From positions 1 through 62,784 of the forward strand of contig CADBNT010000029.1 of NCBI GenBank assembly GCA_902796125.1: a stretch of DNA of 62,784 nt, read 5' to 3'. Source of the DNA: an uncultured Erysipelotrichaceae bacterium. Its GTDB lineage: Bacteria > Bacillota_I > Bacilli_A > RFN20 > CAG-826. Positions within the stretch are counted from its first letter, which is position 1, and every line of letters begins with the position of its first letter. Positions 1 to 8,173 of the stretch are shown here, one piece after another. The notes under the pieces were generated by a model. It saw nothing but the letters and a program-made list of their open reading frames with translations. It ran no database searches and was not told where the DNA came from. Both the position numbers and the translations under genes were made by a program.

Positions 1-211
1 TCAACTAGTTTTGTTTTGTTAGAATCTACATCCTAAAATAGAGCAACAAGTCACTCGTATTCTTTTTGTGTTTTTGTGTCCACGACTTGTCCTCCCAAAA
101 GAAAAGGCTCCCATTTTTGGAAACCTGGATATTTGAGATTTTTTAGGCCACGCATTTCTGAGGTGGGGCCAGCGGTACTTCGCTTTTTTCTGGAGAAAAG
201 TTGACCGGGAG

Positions 212-853
212 TTATGATTTTTCTTTTATAATGATTTGTGCGATGTGCTCGGCTCTTAAATGGTTTTCCACAAGGTCCATCATAAAGGTTGGATCTGTTT
301 CAGTTTTAGCAGCTTTTGAAAACTTCCGTTCCTGTTCTCTTAGAGCGTCATAGAATGTCTCGCCCATAACTGAATACGCATATTCATCCGCATCTTGTTC
401 TCTTTCTAAAACTCGTCCTTCTGAAATTGCTTTTCCTCTATCATCTTGAGTTTCCGAATATTTTTTATCGGAATTGACGAAATGGCCGAGCTCATGATAA
501 ACAAAACTGGTTACATATTTGTTATGTTTTTTTAATTCTTTCAACGAAGAACGATCTACGGATATAAAAGCAGTTTTTTTGAACACGTTAAGAAGATTCT
601 CTTTAGCATCTAAAAACTTGTCTTTTAATTCATCAGGACACTCGCTTAGCATTCTTTGGTAATTAGCTAAAGAAGATTTGTCGTTGTTATAGCTAATATC
701 CATATCAACAATGCCATATTTCTCAAACTTACTATCGAATGGTTTCAAATAGATTTTCAAATTCATGGTTGGATTAGTAACAGCACCAACAAATTCATCT
801 ATCTCTTTATCAAAGAATTCGATTTTATATTTTGTTTTGTCTATATTAAGCAT
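212..853 (-). CDS. putative zinc metallopeptidase (HExxH, ImmA/IrrE-M78-like), mobile-element associated
   Basis: 213-aa ORF. YHELGHF motif is followed by EREQDADEYA (E..A..[FY]A pattern of ImmA/IrrE-type peptidases). AAAGAGG SD lies ~8 nt before the ATG. It sits directly downstream of the HNH remnant. Confidence 0.5.
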   Translation of the reverse strand: MLNIDKTKYKIEFFDKEIDEFVGAVTNPTMNLKIYLKPFDSKFEKYGIVDMDISYNNDKSSLANYQRMLSECPDELKDKFLDAKENLLNVFKKTAFISVDRSSLKELKKHNKYVTSFVYHELGHFVNSDKKYSETQDDRGKAISEGRVLEREQDADEYAYSVMGETFYDALREQERKFSKAAKTETDPTFMMDLVENHLRAEHIAQIIIKEKS

Positions 854-879
854 ACTGAATACCTCTTTACAATTATCTT

Positions 880-1117
880 CTAAAAAGCTATTAGATTTCC
901 ATCACTATCAAATGCTTGCTTTGCTTTTTCGAATCGGTCATGTTCGTTATTGCGGCAGTTCTTGCAAAGCAAGATAAGGTTGCTTTTTCCCAAGAGTGAT
1001 TTCTGGGTTGTTTATGTTTTCAAAAGTCAGCTCAATAATGTGATGCACTTCTTCCCTTATTCCACCGCACTTTTCACAGCGGTCATTAACAGAAACTATT
1101 TTCTCAGCTCTTGCTAT
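880..1117 (-). pseudogene. HNH endonuclease remnant (frameshifted, no start codon)
   Basis: My translation of the minus strand gives ..NDRCEKCGGIREEVHHIIELTFENINNPEITLGK in one frame (947-1117). It gives SNLILLCKNCRNNEHDRFEKAKQAF..* in the next frame (880-1011). Together these form a complete CxxC..HH..N..CxxC..H HNH core, split at the T5/A5 run at 984-988. There is no ATG/GTG/TTG after the upstream in-frame TAG (1118-1120). Confidence 0.6.
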
Positions 1118-1277
1118 CTACTACTCAGCCGAGCGGTAAAAAGATTACATCATATTATAAAAAGTTCTCATATTATAAATATTTCATATGTGTTATAGGT
1201 GAAATGTTTGTGCGATAGGTAAATAGTAGTTCAACGAATGAACTCTCTATAAATAAATTATATTTATCGATAAGCAT

Positions 1278-1306
1278 GAAAAAATGCCCATTTCTGAGCA
1301 TTTTTC
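1278..1306 (-). terminator. intrinsic terminator downstream of tRNA-Arg
   Basis: Minus strand reads GAAAAATGC-tcagaaatgg-GCATTTTTTC: a stem followed by a T-run. Confidence 0.5.
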
Positions 1307-1351
1307 GGTTTTTCGCATGTTTCACTTTGTATCAAAGTACGTATACGATGA

Positions 1352-1428
<77 letters not shown>

Positions 1429-1475
1429 AACGACTAATAATATAGTATTTTAGGCGCTATATTTCAATAATAAGT

Positions 1476-3230
1476 TTATGAGTTAATTTTATTAAAAACT
1501 GCTATTGCAACATCGCTAGGAATAAGCTGCGATAATTCTTCAATAGAAGCTTTTTTAAGTTCATCTATACTTGAATAATGTTCGCGGATAATCTCTTGAC
1601 GTTTCGCGCCAAGTCCTGGAATATCGTCGAGGATTCCTTTCGTGAATGATTTACTTCTTTTCTGATGATGGAAACTGATGGCAAAACGATGCACTTCATC
1701 TTGCATTCTTACTAGTAAGAAAAATAGTGATTTTTTATCATCAAGAGGATATACTTTTCCATCTTTTCCAATGAGTCCTTTAGTCTGATGTTTATCATTT
1801 TTAAATAGACCAAAGACTGGAATAGATAAACCAAGTTCATCCATGACTTCTTGACCAGCGTGTACTTGACCTAGTCCACCATCCGTGAGAACTAAATCAG
1901 GCATGGAATCTTCATTTTCTAATAGCCTTTTATATCTTCTTGTCATGACTTCCTTCATAGAAGCATAGTCATCGCGTTTTTCTTTTCCTTCAATATTGAA
2001 TTTACGGTACATCTTTTTAATAGGTTCACCGTTTATGAAAACCACCATTGCTCCTACAGGTGAATCACCTTGAATATGCGAATTATCGAATAATTCAATG
2101 CGATATGGAGTTGGAATAGAAAGAATATTACCTAAATCATCAAGTAAATCCTTCATATTATCTTCAAGTCTTGCTGACATAAAATGTGAATCTAAGGATT
2201 GTTTTGCGTTCGCGTTCGCCATCTCCACTACTTCGATAAGTTTACCTTTGGTAATAGATATAACATTCGTGTCTAAAATATCGGAGATAACATTCTTCAC
2301 TTCTTCGATATTGATAACAATCTCACTTGGAAGAGAATGAGTTTCATAATATTGATAGATGAGATCGCTTATTTGCTCATTGATATCACCAAATTCTTCT
2401 GCGATAAATGCTTCTTTACCTAATAGAAGACCTCTACGATAAGTAAGGACCGCTAAAGAGATATAACCATCACGAGAATGATAAGCAAAGACGTCTCTAG
2501 AGACGTGGTCTTTATTCTCGACACCTTGTTTATCAAGAATATGGCTAATCGCGTCTAAAGTATCTTTATATTCTTTAGCCTTTTCATATTCTTGCTTGTC
2601 ACTTGCCTCAACCATCTTCTCTTTTAAATTCATAGCGATTTTATCGTTATGTCCTTCAAGGAATGATTTGATTTCATTAAAAAGATTGTCGTTAGTAGCT
2701 TCATCAATTTTATTGATACATGGCCCTAAACACATGCCCATATGGTAATAAAGACATGGCGAAGTTGGGATATTACGACATTTTCTAGTCGGGAATATCT
2801 TATTTAATAAATTAATGACGTGATATGCATGTGAACTAGTTGGAAACGGACCAAAGTAATAATAGTTTTTATCCTTATCATTTCTTGCAATTTTTAAGAA
2901 AGGATCATTTTTCTTCTTTAATGCAATATATGGGTAATGTTTTCCATCTTTAAGAAGGATGTTGTATCTTGGGTAATAAGTATGAACTAAATTCATTTCC
3001 AAGATAAATGATTCTTTATCGGTCTTAGTGATAATTGTTTCAAAATGATCAACATGACTCACCATCGCAGCCACTTTTCCAGTTTGAGGACGTAAGAAAT
3101 ACTGCGAAACTCTATTATAAAGATTTTTGGCTTTGCCAATATAGATGACTTTGTCATCTTTATCCTTCATAAGATAGCAGCCAGGCTTTCTAGGAAGAAG
3201 AGGAATAGCTTGTTTTACTTTTTCTGTCAT
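1476..3230 (-). CDS. uvrC: excinuclease ABC subunit C
   Basis: 584 aa. N-terminal GIY-YIG (PGCYLMKD..VIYIGKAKNL..R), UvrBC-interaction region, and C-terminal endonuclease plus HhH. Start overlaps the mutS2 stop by 4 nt. Confidence 0.95.
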   Translation of the reverse strand: MTEKVKQAIPLLPRKPGCYLMKDKDDKVIYIGKAKNLYNRVSQYFLRPQTGKVAAMVSHVDHFETIITKTDKESFILEMNLVHTYYPRYNILLKDGKHYPYIALKKKNDPFLKIARNDKDKNYYYFGPFPTSSHAYHVINLLNKIFPTRKCRNIPTSPCLYYHMGMCLGPCINKIDEATNDNLFNEIKSFLEGHNDKIAMNLKEKMVEASDKQEYEKAKEYKDTLDAISHILDKQGVENKDHVSRDVFAYHSRDGYISLAVLTYRRGLLLGKEAFIAEEFGDINEQISDLIYQYYETHSLPSEIVINIEEVKNVISDILDTNVISITKGKLIEVVEMANANAKQSLDSHFMSARLEDNMKDLLDDLGNILSIPTPYRIELFDNSHIQGDSPVGAMVVFINGEPIKKMYRKFNIEGKEKRDDYASMKEVMTRRYKRLLENEDSMPDLVLTDGGLGQVHAGQEVMDELGLSIPVFGLFKNDKHQTKGLIGKDGKVYPLDDKKSLFFLLVRMQDEVHRFAISFHHQKRSKSFTKGILDDIPGLGAKRQEIIREHYSSIDELKKASIEELSQLIPSDVAIAVFNKINS

Positions 3231-5542
3231 TTTAAAGTGACGATGGTCGCGCCTGTCCCGCCATCGTAGCTACCTCCATAATGGAAATCACTAACAAAAG
3301 ATAATGTTTTTAGATATTGATGAATTGCTTCTCGTAATGCGCCTGTACCCATGCCGTGGATAATGCGCACTTCATGAAAGTGTCTAATTCTCGCATCATC
3401 AAGATATTTGGATACGTTCACTAAGGCTTCATCGACGTGTTGACCAATGACATTAAGCTCTAACTTAACATCAGATTTGAGTTTGATCATTTCATCGATA
3501 TTGCTTTTACGGATTCTTCTATCGACAGGTTCACTTGTTTTAGTGACCTTATCTTTGCTTGATTTAACCGACATTCCTTCAGGAGTTAAAATCTCCAACT
3601 TACTTCCTTGAATCTTCACTACTTTTCCAGTAAATCCAAGGGAAGAAATTGTGACATAATCACCAAGTTTTATATCTTCATCTATTGCAATATCATTGTC
3701 GATTTCAACATTGATATTATTAAGTTCGGTCTTGGCTTTTATTAGTTCATGTTGCTTAACATTTGGATTATTTAAAACCTTTAAAGCATCATCGATTTTA
3801 TCCTTAGCCTCCTGCAACATTTTTTCTTTTTCTTCATTAACAATTTCAAGAAGATTTTCTTTCTTGTTTTCGAGAACTTTTTCTTTATGAGCAAGATCTT
3901 TTTTCTTGCCTTCAAGAAGTCGATCTTTTTCTTTAAGTGATGCATTTAATTCTTCGTTTTGTCTTAAGACTTTATTGAGTTTATCAATGACATCATTTAC
4001 ATCACGTTTTTTGTTCTTAGAAAGCGTAATTTTTGCATTTTTGATTACCTCGTCATCGAGGTGATAACGCTTTGCCATTTCAAGGCCATAACTACGACCT
4101 GGATAACCAATTTTTAATGAGTAAGTTGGAAGGAGTTTTTCTTCATCGAAAACCATCATCGCGTTGCTCACGTTTTCACGGCGATAAGCATACTCTTTCA
4201 TCGCCTCAAAATGGGAAGAAATAACAGCGAAAACTTTATGGTCTAAAAGGAAATCTGTGACCGCTAATGCGATAGCTTCTCCTTCCGCTGGAGAAGTACC
4301 TGTTCCAAGTTCATCTAAAAGGACCAAATCTTTAGCAGTTACAAAGTGGGTAATTGTTGAAAGATTTGATATATGCGCAGCGAATGTAGAAAGGTTATCT
4401 GAAAGGGATTGATTATCGCCAATATCCGCGTAAATCTTAGGGAAATAGCCAAGATTTGCTGGGGATAATGTTGGTAAAGCAAGTCCCATTTGATTCATCA
4501 TAACCATTAGTCCAAGCGTCTTTAAAGCGACGGTTTTACCACCAGCATTAGGTCCTGAAATAATGATGATTCTTTGTGACTTATCTAAGTAGAAATCATT
4601 GGCAACAACATTCTCTTTTTTAATAAGTGGATGACGTGCTTTTTTAATATCAATAATCTGCTCATCTGATAGTGACGCAACAAGAGAATTTGTTTCATTG
4701 CCATACATAGCTTTTGCTTGGATAAAATCAAGTTCTCCAATCACCTCATTATTAGCAATGATTTCTGGAGCAGATTCCACCACTTTTTCCGATAGCATTT
4801 TAAGTAGGCGAATAATCTCTTCTTTTTCTTCAGATTTTAAGATACAAATCTTGTTAGAGAGTTCGACAAGTTCACTAGGTTCAATGAATGTTGTAGAGCC
4901 ACTATCGGACACGTCATGAACAATGCCTGGAACGCGATATTTATAGTTTGAATTAACAGGTAAAACAAAATGATCATTTCTAATCGAAACGGTCTCTTCA
5001 GAAAGGTATTCTTTATATCTAGCAATAAGTGGTCTTGCCGAGCTTCTCACTTCATTTTCTAGTCGAGCAATTTCGTGTCGAATTTTGTTTAATGTTGGAG
5101 AAGCATTATCGTAAATATTTAGATTAGGAGCAATTATACGATGAATCTCTTTTTCTAAAGGAGAAATATCGAATAGCTTTCCTGCTTCAACAAGCAAAAG
5201 CGGATAGATACTTCTTTCGACTTTATTGAAGTATTCATTAAGCTTAAGTGCGGTCAAAATATCATTAGCGACATTATCTAAATCTAAGGCAGTAAGTACA
5301 CCACCTTTTTTAGCCATTGAAACATATTTAGAAATGTCTAATGATGACTTAATTGGAAGCTCTCCATGACGAAGCACCAAAGATAACATTTCATTTAAAA
5401 GCGCTAAGGAATGTTCAACATCTTTTTTATTTGGAAGCATCTTTAAAGTACGAACTTTTTCTTTAGCAAGTTCGCTATGAGTCTTATTAGCAATTTCTTC
5501 TAAGACTTTATTTATTTCTAAAGTGCCATATATATCAAGCAT
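3227..5542 (-). CDS. mutS2: endonuclease MutS2 (MutS ATPase plus Smr domain)
   Basis: Walker A GPNAGGKT and C-terminal Smr (IHGMGTGALREAI). The track ORF extends to a GTG at 5560. I prefer the ATG at 5542 (MLDIYGTLE..), which fits typical MutS2 N-termini. Confidence 0.9.
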   Translation of the reverse strand: MLDIYGTLEINKVLEEIANKTHSELAKEKVRTLKMLPNKKDVEHSLALLNEMLSLVLRHGELPIKSSLDISKYVSMAKKGGVLTALDLDNVANDILTALKLNEYFNKVERSIYPLLLVEAGKLFDISPLEKEIHRIIAPNLNIYDNASPTLNKIRHEIARLENEVRSSARPLIARYKEYLSEETVSIRNDHFVLPVNSNYKYRVPGIVHDVSDSGSTTFIEPSELVELSNKICILKSEEKEEIIRLLKMLSEKVVESAPEIIANNEVIGELDFIQAKAMYGNETNSLVASLSDEQIIDIKKARHPLIKKENVVANDFYLDKSQRIIIISGPNAGGKTVALKTLGLMVMMNQMGLALPTLSPANLGYFPKIYADIGDNQSLSDNLSTFAAHISNLSTITHFVTAKDLVLLDELGTGTSPAEGEAIALAVTDFLLDHKVFAVISSHFEAMKEYAYRRENVSNAMMVFDEEKLLPTYSLKIGYPGRSYGLEMAKRYHLDDEVIKNAKITLSKNKKRDVNDVIDKLNKVLRQNEELNASLKEKDRLLEGKKKDLAHKEKVLENKKENLLEIVNEEKEKMLQEAKDKIDDALKVLNNPNVKQHELIKAKTELNNINVEIDNDIAIDEDIKLGDYVTISSLGFTGKVVKIQGSKLEILTPEGMSVKSSKDKVTKTSEPVDRRIRKSNIDEMIKLKSDVKLELNVIGQHVDEALVNVSKYLDDARIRHFHEVRIIHGMGTGALREAIHQYLKTLSFVSDFHYGGSYDGGTGATIVTLK

Positions 5543-5566
5543 GCTTAAATCATAACACACGTAAAC

Positions 5567-5595
5567 AAAAAGCGCTCTTTTTGAGCGCTCAAAAG
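5567..5595 (-). terminator. perfect hairpin / intrinsic terminator-like element upstream of mutS2
   Basis: AGCGCTC-TTTTT-GAGCGCT (5571-5589). On the minus strand the stem is followed by TTTTGTTT. Confidence 0.55.
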
Positions 5596-5724
5596 TTATT
5601 GACTAAATTATTACACTTTGTGTAAAAACATAGATGTGTTACAAAAAATATTTCTTTGTCCTATTAATGGGTAAGTGTCATTAGAAAGGATAAACAAATT
5701 TTACCGCCTTATATTTGTTAAATA

Positions 5725-5733
5725 TGGTAGACT
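5725..5733 (+). promoter_or_regulatory. extended -10 (TGgTAGACT) 6 nt before the rnhC ATG; possible leaderless start
   Basis: TGGTAGACT-aatgct-ATG with no SD in between. Confidence 0.35.
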
Positions 5734-5739
5734 AATGCT

Positions 5740-6651
5740 ATGAAAAAAAGCGTAACCATTAAGGTAGACGAAGCTAAACTTCATGAAATCATTTCTCAAT
5801 ACAATATGTTTGAGAAAGAAAACAAAAACGAATACATCGTCTTTTTTGCTAAAGCTAACGATATTCAAGTAACTTGCTATTCATCAAAGAAAGACAAAGA
5901 TTACAAAGTAATGTTTTTAGGAGAAGATCCTTTAAAACACGCTAAAAAATTTGATAAAGATGCCGTGCTTAACGTTCCAAAGAAAAAAGAAGGAACTAAT
6001 AAGCATTGGATTTTGTTTGAAGATCAAATCGGCTCTGATGAAGTAGGTACAGGAGACTTCTTTGGTCCTATCACTGTCGCTGCGGCATTTGTAAAAGAAA
6101 GTGACATCCCATTTTTAAAAGAATTAGGTGTCGATGATTCAAAACGTTTAACTGATGAAGACATTATGAAACTAGGACAAATTCTCATCACCAAAATTCC
6201 TTATAAACAAGTATGTTTAGATAATCCTAAGTTTAACGAACTTATCGATAAAGGGATGAACATGAATGAGATTAAATCAAAACTTCATAACCAAGTGTTA
6301 AGACTTTTAAAGAAAGAGCATCCAGAAGTTAAACACATTATCATTGACCAATTCACACCAAAAGATAACTATTATAGTTATCTAAAAGATGAAAAAGAAG
6401 TAGTTCAAGATATCACTTTTAAAACAAAAGGTGAATCTTATTTTCCATGCGTTGCTGTTGGTTCAATCATTGCTAGATATTCATTCCTTCAAAAGATGAA
6501 TGCGATTGGAAATAAATATGGAGTTACTATTCCATTTGGCGCCAGTCAAAAAGTCACTGACTTTGCTAAAGAGTTTGTGAAAACATATGGCAAAGATAAC
6601 TTATTAAAAGTTGTTAAGAAAAACTTCGCCAATTTAAGCGAAGTTATCTAA
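5740..6651 (+). CDS. rnhC: ribonuclease HIII
   Basis: 303 aa. N-terminal DUF3378-like domain, then RNase HII/HIII core GSDEVGTGDFFGP. Confidence 0.9.
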   Translation: MKKSVTIKVDEAKLHEIISQYNMFEKENKNEYIVFFAKANDIQVTCYSSKKDKDYKVMFLGEDPLKHAKKFDKDAVLNVPKKKEGTNKHWILFEDQIGSDEVGTGDFFGPITVAAAFVKESDIPFLKELGVDDSKRLTDEDIMKLGQILITKIPYKQVCLDNPKFNELIDKGMNMNEIKSKLHNQVLRLLKKEHPEVKHIIIDQFTPKDNYYSYLKDEKEVVQDITFKTKGESYFPCVAVGSIIARYSFLQKMNAIGNKYGVTIPFGASQKVTDFAKEFVKTYGKDNLLKVVKKNFANLSEVI

Positions 6652-7546
6652 GAGTATTGATTAGATCAATAAAGTAATCAGGAAGTGGAACCGAAAATTC
6701 CATTTTCTTTTTACTCTTTGGATGTATAAAGCTTATTGAATGAGCGAACAATAGTTGCCCATCATCGTAGAGCTGTCTATTGCCTTTCCCGTAAATTGGA
6801 TCTCCTTCAACGGGATGGCCAATATAATTCATATGAACTCTAATTTGATGAGTTCTTCCAGTTTTTAGTGAGCATTCCACTAAAGTGTGAGTTTTAAATC
6901 GCTCCACCACTTTAAAGTCAGTTTCTGCATCTTTACCATTACGAAGATCCACTGCCATTTTTTGACGATATTGTTTATCTCTTCCGATTGGAGCAATGAT
7001 TTTGCCTTCGTTTTCAGCAATCACCCCTACTACTAAGGCATAATATTTTCTTCCTAAGGTATGATCAGATAACTGAGATTGCAAAAATAAGTGAGCTTTA
7101 TCGTTTTTAGCGGTCACAAGTAAACCAGCCGTGTCTTTATCAAGGCGGTGCACAATTCCAGGCCTAAAATCACCATTTACGTCGCTTAATTCATCGCTAT
7201 GAAACTTAAGAGCATTCGCCATTGTGCCAGATTTATTCCCGGCACCTGGATGAACAACTAAACCTTTAGGTTTATTGATAACCATTAATTCATCATCTTC
7301 ATAGACGATATCTAAAGGAATATCTTCTGCTTCAAGAGAATATTCTTCTTTAGGGAAATCTTTAATGGTTATTTCATCATTTTCTCTAACTTTATATGAT
7401 GCTTTTGATTCTTTGTTGTTAACTAAAATATAACCATCTTTAAGATAGTTTTGAATTTCCGAACGAGAATAATCCTTTAGCAATTCGCTTAAAAGTTTAT
7501 CTAGTCGTTCATTAATGTAATTCTTCGTTACTAGAATCTTTTGCAT
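6644..7546 (-). CDS. rluD: 23S rRNA pseudouridine synthase, RluA/RluD family
   Basis: 300 aa. S4 domain at the N-terminus plus HRLDKDTAGLL catalytic motif. Confidence 0.9.
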   Translation of the reverse strand: MQKILVTKNYINERLDKLLSELLKDYSRSEIQNYLKDGYILVNNKESKASYKVRENDEITIKDFPKEEYSLEAEDIPLDIVYEDDELMVINKPKGLVVHPGAGNKSGTMANALKFHSDELSDVNGDFRPGIVHRLDKDTAGLLVTAKNDKAHLFLQSQLSDHTLGRKYYALVVGVIAENEGKIIAPIGRDKQYRQKMAVDLRNGKDAETDFKVVERFKTHTLVECSLKTGRTHQIRVHMNYIGHPVEGDPIYGKGNRQLYDDGQLLFAHSISFIHPKSKKKMEFSVPLPDYFIDLINTLR

Positions 7547-8171
7547 TCTTTTCTTCTTCTTGTTTCTTTTTGTAGTCTTGTGGCTTTAAGTCATATTCAC
7601 CACGTTTATCTTTTTCTCTAACTTCTTTAATTGAATCAACAATAACAATTAAGATGAGGATAACTACACCTATAACAAGTGAACTATCCGCGAGGTTAAA
7701 AGTCGCGAAGTGCCATGAACCAAATTGGAAATCAATCCAGTCAATAACGCCATCAAAACCGACAATCGCGTTCCAATAAAATATGCGATCAATCATATTG
7801 CCAATTGCACCGGCAATAATCATGACTACAGCGACTCTAGTCCAAGTCCTTAATGAGTTCATTTTCTTTAAATAAAAGAAAGATAAACCAAAAGACATTA
7901 AAACTGAGACACTAATCCAGACAATTCTCCAACCTAATTCACCATTACTTCCAAGGCTAAAAGCAGCCCCTAAATTGTGGACTAAAGTAACATTTAAGAA
8001 ATTAGGAATTAAAGGTACAACTTGACCATATGAAAGTGAATTTTGAACGGCCCATTTGGAAATTAAATCAATCGCAAAAATTACAGCGATAAGCCAAATA
8101 AAGGAGAAATAAAATTTTTTCATTCCTTCTTTAGAAAAGCATTTCTTAAGAAATGTAATTATTTTTTCCAT
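7512..8171 (-). CDS. lspA: lipoprotein signal peptidase II with charged C-terminal tail
   Basis: 219 aa. Four TM segments and conserved N..D motifs (NLGAAFS, FNLADS). Has a ~45-aa K/E-rich tail. The start may instead be the internal MKKFYF. Confidence 0.85.
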   Translation of the reverse strand: MEKIITFLKKCFSKEGMKKFYFSFIWLIAVIFAIDLISKWAVQNSLSYGQVVPLIPNFLNVTLVHNLGAAFSLGSNGELGWRIVWISVSVLMSFGLSFFYLKKMNSLRTWTRVAVVMIIAGAIGNMIDRIFYWNAIVGFDGVIDWIDFQFGSWHFATFNLADSSLVIGVVILILIVIVDSIKEVREKDKRGEYDLKPQDYKKKQEEEKNAKDSSNEELH

Positions 8172-8173
8172 AA

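Noticed and set aside
1-211. Locally GC-richer non-coding stretch with hairpins (GGCCAC..GTGGGGCC at 146-170, AGCG-gtactt-CGCT plus T6 at 171-190), considered as an ncRNA, tmRNA fragment or att repeat
   Set aside because: No match I can see to tmRNA, SRP, RNase P or 6S signatures. There is no direct repeat of the tRNA-Arg 3' segment. It is stop-rich in all frames. Most simply it holds terminator hairpins at the edge of the element remnant. It is also truncated by the window edge.
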